Shown here: one piece after another, positions 8,926-18,621 of the stretch
How the letters are laid out: the number at the start of each line of letters is the position of its first letter
Numbering within the stretch: the stretch's first letter is position 1
Assembly: GCA_937863565.1 (NCBI GenBank)
Contig: CALMGJ010000028.1
Location: 40,802-104,801 of the forward strand
Direction of reading: 5' to 3'
Length of the DNA: 64,000 bases
Origin: an uncultured bacterium
GTDB taxonomy: Bacteria; AUK180
Program-made: the position numbers and the translations under genes
Notes under the pieces: model-generated
Told to the model about the DNA's origin: nothing
Seen by the model: only the letters and a program-made list of their open reading frames with translations
The model's database searches: none

Positions 8926-9456
8926 TTATTTAGGTTTTATCGACGTATATTTTCTAAATTCAGGATCGCCATTCTTATAATTTGTATTTTCATAATATGG
9001 AACTATTTCTTTAAATGGTGATTTAAATTTCTGATAATATCTCTTACCTTTAAATTTACATACAATAATTGGTTTCGAATCTTCACTATCACAGTCTCTT
9101 ATATATTCAATCCACTCAAATGGAACTATACCAACAGGAATATTTCCACCTTTTTTGTCGAGAATAAATTGAACTCCATATTCTTGAATAATCGTGTAGA
9201 GTTCTGCGCCCTGTTTATAGTAGGTATTGTTTGTTTCATCTTTTCGTTCAGCATTATACTTTTTGACATCTGCAAGAATTATTTTTTTATACAATACAAT
9301 CTCTCGAATTTGCTTAGTTATTTTCATCTCATGTTCATATTTTTCTCTTGCTGATATTTGCTGTGTTAACGCGTATAGATGATACCCTACGAACACACCG
9401 ACAATTATCGCGATTAATGCTATTAGATTATCCCAAAAATAAAACGTAAAGTCCAT
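8926..9456 (-). CDS. hypothetical single-pass membrane protein (AT-rich island)
   Basis: N-terminal TM NLIALIAIIVGVFVGYHLYAL; N/K/Y-rich composition; ATG verified at 9454-9456. Confidence 0.55.
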   Translation of the reverse strand: MDFTFYFWDNLIALIAIIVGVFVGYHLYALTQQISAREKYEHEMKITKQIREIVLYKKIILADVKKYNAERKDETNNTYYKQGAELYTIIQEYGVQFILDKKGGNIPVGIVPFEWIEYIRDCDSEDSKPIIVCKFKGKRYYQKFKSPFKEIVPYYENTNYKNGDPEFRKYTSIKPK

Positions 9457-9543
9457 TTAATCCCACTCTTCATAATAGATTGTGTTACTTTCATCTATCG
9501 CGCCCAAAAACATATTTTTCCAGACATGTATTTTCACGCGGAA

Positions 9544-10707
9544 CTATCTATTCCCTTTTGCCTGATTATGCGTTTTGCACAGCATTTGGCAATTAGCGGC
9601 ATCCGTAGCGCCTCCTTTGCTCCATGCTGTAACATGATCCGCGTCCATTTCATTTAATTTCCAGACCTTGCCTTTATTGGCATCGTGGCCCAGTGCGCAT
9701 AGCGGGCAATTTGAATGGCCGTTCCTTTCGGCTTCTTCCGTTTGCTTTGCATAAACGGTCTTCTTTGTGGCATCGTCAAATACCCTTACATTGAGTAGTT
9801 TTGTCTCTTTGGACCCTCCGAGAATATATTCAAATATCCCCTTCCGGTTTTTGATATACGGATCCCCGTAGAGTTCTTTCACCTGATCGGATACGGCTTT
9901 GGGATCATATGAATTCTTATGATATTTTTCATAAAGCCTGCCCCACTCCAATCCTTTCATCTCGCTTTCCACATCAATGAATACGCCCGATACCCAATCT
10001 ATGACGCTATTGAAATAAACTTTCAGTTCTTTAATATTATCGTCATAACGGTGCTTGCTCATATATTCACCGATATTGCCTTTGCTTACCCAATCCAGCG
10101 CGCATTCCATAAATTGCTGGCGGTTCACGCTTCCCGATATATAGGCGCTCCATTTCTGGATATTGGAATTTTGACTATTGCTGAACTCTTCCTTCCCCAA
10201 AGTAACAAATGGGCCCGAATAAACGGCATTGAGCAGTTCCTGGTCATTAAGCGGAACGCCCGCGATATTGATAGTTCTAAACCATTCTTTTATTTCGCTT
10301 TCCGTGCCTTCGCATTCATAGATGAGAAGATTGGTATTCAAGATCTTATCCTGTTTGTCCTCTGCTATCCCGCTGAAATACTGCTCCATCCCGTTCTCGT
10401 CTTTGACGGCGAACTTATTGGTAACGAAACGGCCGAAACTCGTGATGCGCTGTTGGCCGTCCAATACTTCGAGCTTATCCTCGCTTACTTTATTGAAATA
10501 GATCAATCCGAGAGGATAACCCTTGAGCAGCGATTCGATAACGGCAACATCCTTTTTGCCGTCCGCATAAATATAATTACGCTGATACTCCGGCTGTATC
10601 GTCAATCGCCCCGATAGACCGAAAAGACCCTTGCCTTCCAGTTCATTATAAACAAAACCATCGCAGATGTCTTTTACGGTGATGTCGATCTTTAAATTTG
10701 TTCTCAT
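9544..10707 (-). CDS. DUF262 (ParB-like, DGQQR) domain fused to C-terminal HNH endonuclease; GmrSD-like nuclease
   Basis: IQPEYQRNY and [12 protein letters not shown] in N-domain; C-terminal CPLC...[32 protein letters not shown] is a canonical HNH; ATG 2 nt downstream of methyltransferase stop. Confidence 0.8.
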   Translation of the reverse strand: MRTNLKIDITVKDICDGFVYNELEGKGLFGLSGRLTIQPEYQRNYIYADGKKDVAVIESLLKGYPLGLIYFNKVSEDKLEVLDGQQRITSFGRFVTNKFAVKDENGMEQYFSGIAEDKQDKILNTNLLIYECEGTESEIKEWFRTINIAGVPLNDQELLNAVYSGPFVTLGKEEFSNSQNSNIQKWSAYISGSVNRQQFMECALDWVSKGNIGEYMSKHRYDDNIKELKVYFNSVIDWVSGVFIDVESEMKGLEWGRLYEKYHKNSYDPKAVSDQVKELYGDPYIKNRKGIFEYILGGSKETKLLNVRVFDDATKKTVYAKQTEEAERNGHSNCPLCALGHDANKGKVWKLNEMDADHVTAWSKGGATDAANCQMLCKTHNQAKGNR

Positions 10708-10709
10708 TT

Positions 10710-11765
10710 TTATTTCCTGTGTTTAATTAGAATTCGAAAATATGGGCAGGCACCGTTTTTTAATCGCAAATCCTTTTCATCATTTCCATGCCTGAATTTT
10801 ATAATCTCAAACTGCTCCGGTGAATATTTGTCCAGAAAACTGATCGGAACTCCCATCACTCCGTCATAATCGCTCGGTATGGCATCCGTAAACGGGACCT
10901 CTATGGCATCATAATTGTCATATTTTTGATATTCCTTTCCCTTGATCTCTTTATGTTTGCTGTATTTTATATTGTCTTCCATTGTCATCAGGGGCAATGG
11001 TTGGTGACGCCTTCCATGATCAAGATTGGTGAACCAACGAACGCCTTTAATCCGCAAGAATTTATTCCCGTCTTTGTCAATTCTCCACCCGGCGGCAGTT
11101 ATTGGATAATCATCCGGCACTTGAAATTCTCTATCTCCGCTTCTAATACTTGGGCCGAGCCACATTCTATCACTTTTTATCAAAGGAAATACTTCTTTGT
11201 ATGTAATTGAATTCATATTCCCAATAATTAAAAATTGCTTTTCCCATTCCGTAATCCATGCCAGAAATTCCCTGAACAATGAAAAAGGCGGATTGGTAAT
11301 AATGATATCTGCCTCATCGCGTAATTTCGTAACTTCTTTGCTTCGAAAGTCGCCGTCCCCTTCCATATAATGCCATTCCAGGTCATCCACATCTATTTTG
11401 CCGTTCCCTGTTCTATCGTGATTTAATATAAATATCTTTCCGTTCTTGGCGGTTTTATTCTTGTCGAATTTAGGGTCGCTTGTTTCAAATAAAGTGGGTT
11501 GATAATTGGATTTACATTTTTTACTTTCCGCAGCATAACTCGTGCTTATGAGTTTTTTCAGCCCGAACCTGTGGAAGTTCTGAGCAAAGTACTTGGTAAA
11601 ATTGCTCCATTCGGGATCATCGCAGGGTAATAAAAGCGTCTTACCGCGGAATACATTGTGATCATACTCTATATACGCATTGATCTCTTTTTCTATATCA
11701 TTGTATTGAGTATAGAACTCATCGTTTTTCGCATTTTTAGCATTTGATAAATTGCTATTCGCCAT
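10710..11765 (-). CDS. N6-adenine DNA methyltransferase, EcoRI-methylase-like family
   Basis: KNDEFYTQ near N-terminus and IITNPPFS (motif IV); family assignment from memory of EcoRI methylase. ATG verified at 11763-11765; track start is an upstream extension. Confidence 0.65.
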   Translation of the reverse strand: MANSNLSNAKNAKNDEFYTQYNDIEKEINAYIEYDHNVFRGKTLLLPCDDPEWSNFTKYFAQNFHRFGLKKLISTSYAAESKKCKSNYQPTLFETSDPKFDKNKTAKNGKIFILNHDRTGNGKIDVDDLEWHYMEGDGDFRSKEVTKLRDEADIIITNPPFSLFREFLAWITEWEKQFLIIGNMNSITYKEVFPLIKSDRMWLGPSIRSGDREFQVPDDYPITAAGWRIDKDGNKFLRIKGVRWFTNLDHGRRHQPLPLMTMEDNIKYSKHKEIKGKEYQKYDNYDAIEVPFTDAIPSDYDGVMGVPISFLDKYSPEQFEIIKFRHGNDEKDLRLKNGACPYFRILIKHRK

Positions 11766-11923
11766 AATATTATTATAATACTTTCCCCCGTATATTTCAA
11801 ATCTTTTCTTAATGAAAAAGAGGGACGTTGGTTGAAAAAGGTGAAATTTCCATATTGTTTCATGCAATCTTGATTTCAGCGCGGATTTCGTTATAATATT
11901 ACGGAACAGGGAAATGTTTTAAA

Positions 11924-12667
11924 ATGAAACTCCGAATAACGGCAACGGTCCTGATGTGCTTATTGCTTGCCGCTTCCTGCGGTAAGCAGAGCATCTCGCA
12001 AAAGGGGGAAAATACTATGGAAGAGAGCGGTCAATTCGCACAGAGAAGGAGTGAGATGGTGCAGTACCAGATCCGGGCGCGCGACATTACAAATAAAAAG
12101 GTCATCGAAGCGATGCTCAAAGTGGAGAGGCACAGATTCGTTCCGGAAGATGTTAAGGAGTACTCCTACGAAGACTATCCCCTTCCTATCGGGGAGGGTC
12201 AGACGATCTCCCAGCCGTATATCGTAGCCTTCATGACGGAGATGATCGCGCCCGGACCCGAAGACAAGGTGCTCGAGATCGGAACGGGATCCGGATACCA
12301 GGCGGCTATACTTGCGGAGATCGTGGCGGAAGTATTCACTATCGAGATCAATGAAGCGCTTTACAGAAGAACAAAAGCCCTCCTTTCCGGAATGGGATAT
12401 AAGAATATCCATACGATCTGCGGCGACGGATTTGCGGGTTATCCTGAAGCCGCGCCATTCGACAAGATAATAGTCACCGCCGCATCGAGCGAAGTACCGC
12501 CGAAACTCTTCGAGCAACTCCGCGAAGGCGGAAAGATGATAATACCGGTAGGCGAAGGGTATCAGGAACTCCTTCTCATCACTAAATTAAATGGGCAGAT
12601 GATAAGGGAGAATGTGCTGCCGGTGAGATTCGTTCCATTGATCGATAAAAACGGAAAACGATATTAA
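11924..12667 (+). CDS. pcm: protein-L-isoaspartate O-methyltransferase with lipoprotein signal
   Basis: ISQPYIVA, VLEIGTGSGYQAA SAM motif; N-terminal LLLAASCG lipobox. Confidence 0.9.
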   Translation: MKLRITATVLMCLLLAASCGKQSISQKGENTMEESGQFAQRRSEMVQYQIRARDITNKKVIEAMLKVERHRFVPEDVKEYSYEDYPLPIGEGQTISQPYIVAFMTEMIAPGPEDKVLEIGTGSGYQAAILAEIVAEVFTIEINEALYRRTKALLSGMGYKNIHTICGDGFAGYPEAAPFDKIIVTAASSEVPPKLFEQLREGGKMIIPVGEGYQELLLITKLNGQMIRENVLPVRFVPLIDKNGKRY

Positions 12668-12771
12668 GAACTGTTAAAAATTCACATACAAAACTTGTCA
12701 AGGTGTAAAATTATTTGACGATCCCCTATGCGGGACAAGGACAATATTCCCAATATGTCATTATTTACTAA

Positions 12772-12790
12772 CTTGGCACAGGCATTGCTT
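12772..12790 (+). promoter_or_regulatory. sigma-54 (RpoN) -24/-12 promoter
   Basis: TTGGCACaggcaTTGCT at 12773-12789 (TGGCAC-N5-TTGC spacing as in consensus), ~30 nt upstream of hsp20 ATG at 12818; GGAGG RBS at 12808-12812. Confidence 0.7.
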
Positions 12791-12817
12791 AATATAAAAA
12801 GTAATGCGGAGGTATGA

Positions 12818-13153
12818 ATGAGAGCATACAATGAACTCGACCTTAATGTAAAAATGATCAAGGACCGGATCGAGATCAGCGTGGAAGTCCCCGGACTCAA
12901 CCGCGACGATATCGATATCATGGTCTTCGGTAATCTTTTCCGTATAGTGGCTAAATATCCCGAGTTCACGGATAACGACCGCTTCCTTCTGAAGGAGATA
13001 AGAAGGAACGGAACGGTGGAGCGCGAGTTCAGGCTCGATCAGCCCGTAGATACCGGCAAGATAAGCGCCGAATTAAAAGGCGACGGCATTCTCAGAATCA
13101 CTCTTCCGCTTACCAGGGAAGAAAAGAAAATAATAAACATCAGGGAGGTGTGA
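12818..13153 (+). CDS. Hsp20/alpha-crystallin small heat-shock protein
   Basis: alpha-crystallin domain, GILRITLP motif. Confidence 0.85.
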   Translation: MRAYNELDLNVKMIKDRIEISVEVPGLNRDDIDIMVFGNLFRIVAKYPEFTDNDRFLLKEIRRNGTVEREFRLDQPVDTGKISAELKGDGILRITLPLTREEKKIINIREV

Positions 13154-13154
13154 T

Positions 13155-13604
13155 ATGAAGATCAGAAAATTTTACGATGACGACGGAGTGTTCAAGAAGC
13201 TCGCCAGGCTTGAGAATTTCTTCAGTGATGTCTTCGAGGACGGGGATTTCAAATCTTCACCTCTGGTTCAGACGAACTGGGCGCCGAAGATCGACATCAA
13301 GGAGAAAAAGGATTCCTACGAAGTGACGGCGGAATTCCCGGGAATGAACAAGGAAGACATAGAAATCTCGCTCGAGGACAATATCCTTGTTTTCAAGGGA
13401 GAGAAGAAATTCGAGGAGAAAAAGGAGGAGGATAACTACCTCCACATAGAAAGGTCCTACGGTAATTTCTACCGCTCTTTCAAACTCCCCGAAGCGATCG
13501 ATACGGAAAAAGTCGATGCTTCATTTAAAAACGGCGTTCTGCATCTCGTTCTTAAGAAAAAGCCCGAAAGCAAGGGCAAGAAGATCGAGATCAAAGGCGA
13601 GTAA
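13155..13604 (+). CDS. Hsp20/alpha-crystallin small heat-shock protein
   Basis: SYGNFYRSFKLP...GVLHLVLKK alpha-crystallin motifs. Confidence 0.88.
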   Translation: MKIRKFYDDDGVFKKLARLENFFSDVFEDGDFKSSPLVQTNWAPKIDIKEKKDSYEVTAEFPGMNKEDIEISLEDNILVFKGEKKFEEKKEEDNYLHIERSYGNFYRSFKLPEAIDTEKVDASFKNGVLHLVLKKKPESKGKKIEIKGE

Positions 13605-13614
13605 CGGCAATCTT

Positions 13615-13653
13615 CGGAGGGCGGATTAAAAACGCCCTCCGCTCTTTCTATTT
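13615..13653 (+). terminator. hairpin (9-bp stem CGGAGGGCG / CGCCCTCCG, 9-nt loop) followed by T-rich tract; probable intrinsic terminator/attenuator between hsp20 and dnaK
   Basis: Perfect inverted repeat 13615-13623 / 13633-13641, then ctctttctattt. Confidence 0.5.
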
Positions 13654-13664
13654 AGGAGAATGAT

Positions 13665-15605
13665 ATGGCACAGAAAAAAGTGATCGGTATCGACCTCGGT
13701 ACCACGAACTCATGCGTAGCGGTAATGGAGAACGGACAGCCCAAAGTACTTTACAATACTGAAGGATCCAGAACAACGCCGTCCGTCGTCGCTTTCAAGG
13801 ATAACGACGAGATCATAGTCGGCGCGGCCGCGAAGAGACAGGCAATAACCAACCCTTTGAATACGGTATTCTCGGTAAAAAGGCTCATAGGCCGTTCTTA
13901 TGAGGAAATAAACGAAGAACTGAAACTGATCTCGTACAAGGTATCCAAGGGCAAATCCCAGAATGTCCTCCTCGAGATCGGCAATAAGAAATATACGCCT
14001 CAGGAGATATCCTCGATGGTACTCAAAGAAATGAAGAAGATCGCCGAGGATTATCTCGGAGAAAAAGTCGAGGACGCGGTCATAACAGTGCCGGCATATT
14101 TCAACGATTCCCAAAGGCAGGCGACGAAGGACGCAGGCAAGATCGCCGGGCTTAATGTGCTTCGTATTATAAATGAGCCCACTGCAGCGGCGCTTGCTTT
14201 CGGCGCCGACAAGAAGAAGGATGTTAAAATAGCCGTATACGACCTCGGCGGCGGCACCTTCGATATCTCCATTCTTGAGATCAATGAAGGCGTTTTCGAA
14301 GTGAAATCCACCAACGGCGATACCCATCTCGGCGGCGACAACTTCGACCTTGCGATTTTGAACTGGATAGCCGATTCGTTCAAGAAAGAGAAAGGCATCG
14401 ACCTTACTAAGGACCCGATACCGCTACAGAGATTGAGGGATGCGGCGGAGAAGGCCAAGATCGAACTTTCTTCGAAGCTCGAAACGGAGATAAATCTGCC
14501 TTTCGTTACAGCGGATGCCAACGGCCCGCAGCACCTGCAGATGACGCTTTCCAGGGCAAAATTCGAGAATCTCGTAACGGATCTCATCGAGAAATCCATA
14601 GAACCGTGCAAGAAAGCGCTCAAGGATGCGAAGACCTCCGCCAAAGACATTGATGAAGTACTTCTCGTCGGCGGAATGACCAGAGTGCCGATGGTGCAGA
14701 AGAAAGTGGAGGAATTCTTCGGTAAAAAACCGAACAAAGGCATCAACCCCGACGAAGCGGTTGCGGTCGGCGCGGCGATCCAGGGTTCGATCCTTGCCGG
14801 GGACAAGACGTCGGGCGACATTCTGCTCGTTGATGTTACTCCCCTGACCCTCGGCATTGAAACGCTGGGCGGAGTATCAACTCCCCTCATAACGCGCAAT
14901 ACGCCTATTCCTACAAAGAAATCCGAAATCTTCACAACGGCGGACAATAATCAGCCGGCGGTCGATATCAGAGTGCTTCAGGGCGAGAGACCCATGTCTG
15001 CGGATAATAAGCTCATCGGGCAATTCCAGCTTGCAGGCATACCCCCTGCGCCGAGAGGCATACCGCAGATCGAAGTAACTTTCGATATCGACGCAAACGG
15101 CATTCTCCATGTCACAGCAAAAGATAAGGCCACCGGAAAGGAACAGACGATCAAGATACAAGTCTCAAGCGGTCTTTCAGATGCCGAGATAGACAAAATG
15201 GTCAATGAAGCCAAGGAACACGAGGAAGAGGACAAGAAAAGGCGCGAGCTCATCGAAGCACGCAATAAGGCCGAATCGCTTATATACCAGACGGAGAACC
15301 TTCTCAAGGAGATGAAAGAGAACAATAAGCTTGATGCGAAGGAAGGCCAGGAATTGAGCGAAAAGATCGAGAAATTGAAAGAGGTGGCTAAAGGCGAAAG
15401 CAAAGAGGCCATAGAAAAATCTATAGACGATCTTTCGAAATTCTTCGCGGGCATATATCAGAAATACGGTCAGACAGCTGGACAACCCGGAGGCAATGCG
15501 GGTCCCGGTCCTGAAGCCGGCACTCAGCCTGAGAGCGGCGCGGGCCCTGAAGGTCCAGAAGCCAAGAAAGACGACGTCATAGACGCAGATTTCGACGAGA
15601 AATAG
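13665..15605 (+). CDS. dnaK: molecular chaperone DnaK (Hsp70)
   Basis: [33 protein letters not shown] signatures; 646 aa. Confidence 0.97.
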   Translation: MAQKKVIGIDLGTTNSCVAVMENGQPKVLYNTEGSRTTPSVVAFKDNDEIIVGAAAKRQAITNPLNTVFSVKRLIGRSYEEINEELKLISYKVSKGKSQNVLLEIGNKKYTPQEISSMVLKEMKKIAEDYLGEKVEDAVITVPAYFNDSQRQATKDAGKIAGLNVLRIINEPTAAALAFGADKKKDVKIAVYDLGGGTFDISILEINEGVFEVKSTNGDTHLGGDNFDLAILNWIADSFKKEKGIDLTKDPIPLQRLRDAAEKAKIELSSKLETEINLPFVTADANGPQHLQMTLSRAKFENLVTDLIEKSIEPCKKALKDAKTSAKDIDEVLLVGGMTRVPMVQKKVEEFFGKKPNKGINPDEAVAVGAAIQGSILAGDKTSGDILLVDVTPLTLGIETLGGVSTPLITRNTPIPTKKSEIFTTADNNQPAVDIRVLQGERPMSADNKLIGQFQLAGIPPAPRGIPQIEVTFDIDANGILHVTAKDKATGKEQTIKIQVSSGLSDAEIDKMVNEAKEHEEEDKKRRELIEARNKAESLIYQTENLLKEMKENNKLDAKEGQELSEKIEKLKEVAKGESKEAIEKSIDDLSKFFAGIYQKYGQTAGQPGGNAGPGPEAGTQPESGAGPEGPEAKKDDVIDADFDEK

Positions 15606-15616
15606 TTCACATATAC

Positions 15617-15652
15617 GGGAGGCCTTCGCGCGGAGGCCTCCCTGTTTTGTTT
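15617..15652 (+). terminator. hairpin GGGAGGCC / GGCCTCCC followed by TGTTTTGTTT; intrinsic terminator after dnaK
   Basis: Inverted repeat 15617-15624 / 15635-15642, T-rich tail. Confidence 0.55.
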
Positions 15653-15657
15653 AAGCG

Positions 15658-16716
15658 ATGGAAATAAAAGATTATTATAAAGTTCTCAATGTCCCCGAAA
15701 GCGCCACGCTCGATGAGATCAAAAGGTCATTTCGCGAACTTGCAAAAAAATACCATCCTGATATTAACAAGGCACCCGATGCCGAAGCAAAATTCAAGGA
15801 AGTAAACGAAGCCTATCAGATCCTCTCCGATCCCGACAAGAAGATAAAATACGACGAATACAAAAAGTACGGCGGTAATCCTTTTGCGGGCGGAGGAGGA
15901 GGCGGGGGCAGCGCGCAGGATATTTTTGCCGATCTTTTCGGAGGAGGGTTCAGATCGGGAGGAGTTGAGGATATTTCAGACCTTTTCTCGGGTTTCTTCG
16001 GAGGCGGAGAGAGGAGGAATTCATACGAGGACCTTGCCATCCATATCCAGATCACGCTCACTTTCGAAGAATCCTATTCCGGTACGGAAAAATATATATC
16101 CTTCAACCGGGCCTCTCCTTGCGCATTCTGCGGGGGAAGCGGCGCGACGGAAAAAACAGCCTGCCCTCACTGCAAAGGGAGAGGCAGCATCGCCAGCAAC
16201 TCCGGTTTTTTCTCAATGCAGAGAACTTGCCCTTACTGCAAAGGCACGGGAAGCATTGCCAAGACCAAATGCAATGTTTGCCAGGGTACCGGAAAGAAGC
16301 ATATCACTGAAAAGAAAGCGGTTAAAATACCTTCCGGAGCAAGGACGGGAGACAAACTTACGATAAAAGGTCTGGGAAATTCCGAGAACGGCATGGCCGG
16401 GCCTTTGGTGATCCATATTGCCGTTATGAGCTCTCCCGTTTATTCCCGCGAAGGCAATAATCTCGTGCTGAACCTTAAAATAGATCTGAAGCAGGCGCTT
16501 GCAGGAGATAAAGTGAAGATAAGGCATTTCGGAAAGGAACTGACCGTCACGATCCCCCCGGGGACCAATAACGGGGATGTGCTTTCATTGCGGGGCATGG
16601 GAATGAAACGCGGGCGCGATGCGGGCAACCTTCACCTTAAGATCTCTCTCACGCTTCCGAAGAAACTCACAAAGAAACAGAAGGATAAACTCGACGAATT
16701 CCTGAAGACCCTGTAA
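15658..16716 (+). CDS. dnaJ: DnaJ-family co-chaperone (J domain, G/F region, 4x CxxCxGxG zinc finger)
   Basis: DYYKVL...YHPD J domain; glycine-rich linker; CAFCGGSG, CPHCKGRG, CPYCKGTG, CNVCQGTG. Confidence 0.85.
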   Translation: MEIKDYYKVLNVPESATLDEIKRSFRELAKKYHPDINKAPDAEAKFKEVNEAYQILSDPDKKIKYDEYKKYGGNPFAGGGGGGGSAQDIFADLFGGGFRSGGVEDISDLFSGFFGGGERRNSYEDLAIHIQITLTFEESYSGTEKYISFNRASPCAFCGGSGATEKTACPHCKGRGSIASNSGFFSMQRTCPYCKGTGSIAKTKCNVCQGTGKKHITEKKAVKIPSGARTGDKLTIKGLGNSENGMAGPLVIHIAVMSSPVYSREGNNLVLNLKIDLKQALAGDKVKIRHFGKELTVTIPPGTNNGDVLSLRGMGMKRGRDAGNLHLKISLTLPKKLTKKQKDKLDEFLKTL

Positions 16717-16726
16717 TGGGCAGATA

Positions 16727-18013
16727 TTATTTCATAGTTTTAAGAAGCTCTCTCGTCTTTTTAAGCCAGAACCTTGAATCCATGGCCAAGAAAGCATCTT
16801 CCGCCTTTCCGGCATATCTCTTCGCCTCAGCGGGACGGAAGACTCTCAAAGCCGAAGCCAGTTCGTAAAGCGTGATGCCGAATTCAAAGCGGTTTCTCAT
16901 TTTTCCGGCAACGGATACGGCCTTTTTCAGACAGCCGACTGCGATTTTTTCCGGAGCGTTTCTGCGCAATTTCGCTTTGCACCTGAGATAAACGATCTCC
17001 GCTTCCTCGTTTCCGTATTTCGCAAGAAGTATCCCCGCCTTCTTAAGATACTCTTCCGCTTTCATTTTATCGTCCGCGGCATGAAACGCTTCCGAGAGAG
17101 CCGCATAGACTACAGGGAGATGTGCCTCAGCCCCGCATGAAGAAAAGCTTTCCTCCGCCATTATCAGCAGGCCGGCGGCTTTCCCCGGCATGTCTCTGTG
17201 AAGATATATCATGCCCATACTGAAATGTGCGAATCCGGCGCCGATCCTGTAACCTACCTGTTCGGATATCGAAAGGCATCGTTTGAAACTCTCCTCGGCG
17301 GTCTTCAGTTTTCCCAGATTGAAATATGTCTGCCCGATGTTGCCTTCGATGCTTGCCAGCCCCATTCTGTAATTCACTGCCTTGAACGTATCCTTTGCTT
17401 TCATGTAATATTTCAACGCTTCGGGCAGTTCGCCGACAGTCCGGCAGATTATTCCGATATTGGTATTTGCGATCGCGGTTCCCATCCTGTCCTTCAGTTC
17501 TTCCGAGTTTTTAAGCCTCTTTTCCAGATACTTCAGCGCGAGGCCGTATTTTCTTTTGTTCCAATAAATAAGTCCCGTTATATTGTAGGCGATCCCGAGA
17601 TTGATTTTATCGCCCGTTCTGATGAATATATCCCGTGCTTTCCTGCTGTGTTCCAAAGCTTTGTCGTACTCGCCTCTTTCCCACTCGATAGTGGAAAGGA
17701 CATGGAGGCCGTACGCGAAAAGTTTGGGATCCTTCCGCGAACCGATATAACGGAAACCTCTGCCGAGCAGTTTCAGGGCTTCAACATGGTTTCTTTTCCC
17801 CCGGTCGAAAATATTGGCAAGATCGAAGCTTATTTTGGCAGTCAGTGACCGGTCTCTGATGTTCTGTTTTCTACATATTTGAAGTGAAAGTTCAAGGTCG
17901 CTTATAGCTTTGTCCGTATTCCCAATGATGTCGTACACAAGGCCGCGGAGGCTCAGAGCACGCGCATAGAGCATTCCCGGGGCCTTAGCCGTACTTCTGC
18001 GGTTAAAGTTCAT
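16727..18013 (-). CDS. TPR-repeat protein
   Basis: repeated AxxNxGxxYxxxGxxxxAxxYYxKA units. Confidence 0.8.
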   Translation of the reverse strand: MNFNRRSTAKAPGMLYARALSLRGLVYDIIGNTDKAISDLELSLQICRKQNIRDRSLTAKISFDLANIFDRGKRNHVEALKLLGRGFRYIGSRKDPKLFAYGLHVLSTIEWERGEYDKALEHSRKARDIFIRTGDKINLGIAYNITGLIYWNKRKYGLALKYLEKRLKNSEELKDRMGTAIANTNIGIICRTVGELPEALKYYMKAKDTFKAVNYRMGLASIEGNIGQTYFNLGKLKTAEESFKRCLSISEQVGYRIGAGFAHFSMGMIYLHRDMPGKAAGLLIMAEESFSSCGAEAHLPVVYAALSEAFHAADDKMKAEEYLKKAGILLAKYGNEEAEIVYLRCKAKLRRNAPEKIAVGCLKKAVSVAGKMRNRFEFGITLYELASALRVFRPAEAKRYAGKAEDAFLAMDSRFWLKKTRELLKTMK

Positions 18014-18621
18014 TCTTCTCCGCCCGGCAGTTCATTACTGCAGGCCGGGCAGACCGTTTTCCCGTCCTTTTTTTTAAGATAAGGTTCCGCCGTTTTCTCA
18101 CCGCAGATATCGCATCTTCCGGAAACGAATATCCTCGCTGTTCCGGGCATTTTTCCCACAGGACGGCCGAGCTTTATATATTTCTCTTCCGGATCCGTCA
18201 ATATCCTTTTGATCCTTCTTTCCTTGATCTCACTCTTCTCTTTCCTTTCGGAATCCGTAAGTACGTCTTTTTTCGCAAGTTCGATAAAGCGTTTGTCGTC
18301 ATCGTCGTCTTTATAGTACGGTTCCGCATATATCCTCACGCCTTTACCCGTCTTGCGGTTGTAGAACGTGTAAACATTCTTACCGCGGTCCCTGATGATA
18401 AGGTTCCCCTTCCCCGCCGTGCAGCCGCATATGATCTGTATGGCGTCTATGCCGCAGGCGCCGTTCTCCACGACAGCTACGAATTCTTCATCATCCGCCC
18501 GACCGGATGAAAGTTCTCTTAGCGCTATCGTTGCCACTCTGTACCCGACGGCAAGTCCGGGGCAGGAATGCCCGTGAAATTTCACGGCGTCCTTGAACGA
18601 TGCTGATTTTTTATTTCCCAT
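18010..18621 (-). CDS. FmdE-family protein with C-terminal zinc ribbon
   Basis: FHGHSCPGLAVGYR motif; C-terminal CDICG...CPAC. Confidence 0.7.
   Translation of the reverse strand: MGNKKSASFKDAVKFHGHSCPGLAVGYRVATIALRELSSGRADDEEFVAVVENGACGIDAIQIICGCTAGKGNLIIRDRGKNVYTFYNRKTGKGVRIYAEPYYKDDDDDKRFIELAKKDVLTDSERKEKSEIKERRIKRILTDPEEKYIKLGRPVGKMPGTARIFVSGRCDICGEKTAEPYLKKKDGKTVCPACSNELPGGEE

Noticed and set aside
8566-11923. Mobile-element hallmarks around the AT-rich island
   Set aside because: I found no integrase, transposase, tRNA target or clear flanking direct repeat by eye, so it is reported as a compositional island, not as a mobile element.
14051-14947. 298-aa minus-strand ORF inside dnaK (plus smaller ones 13710-14327, 14978-15454)
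   Set aside because: Low-complexity S/A/P-rich translations antisense to a canonical dnaK.
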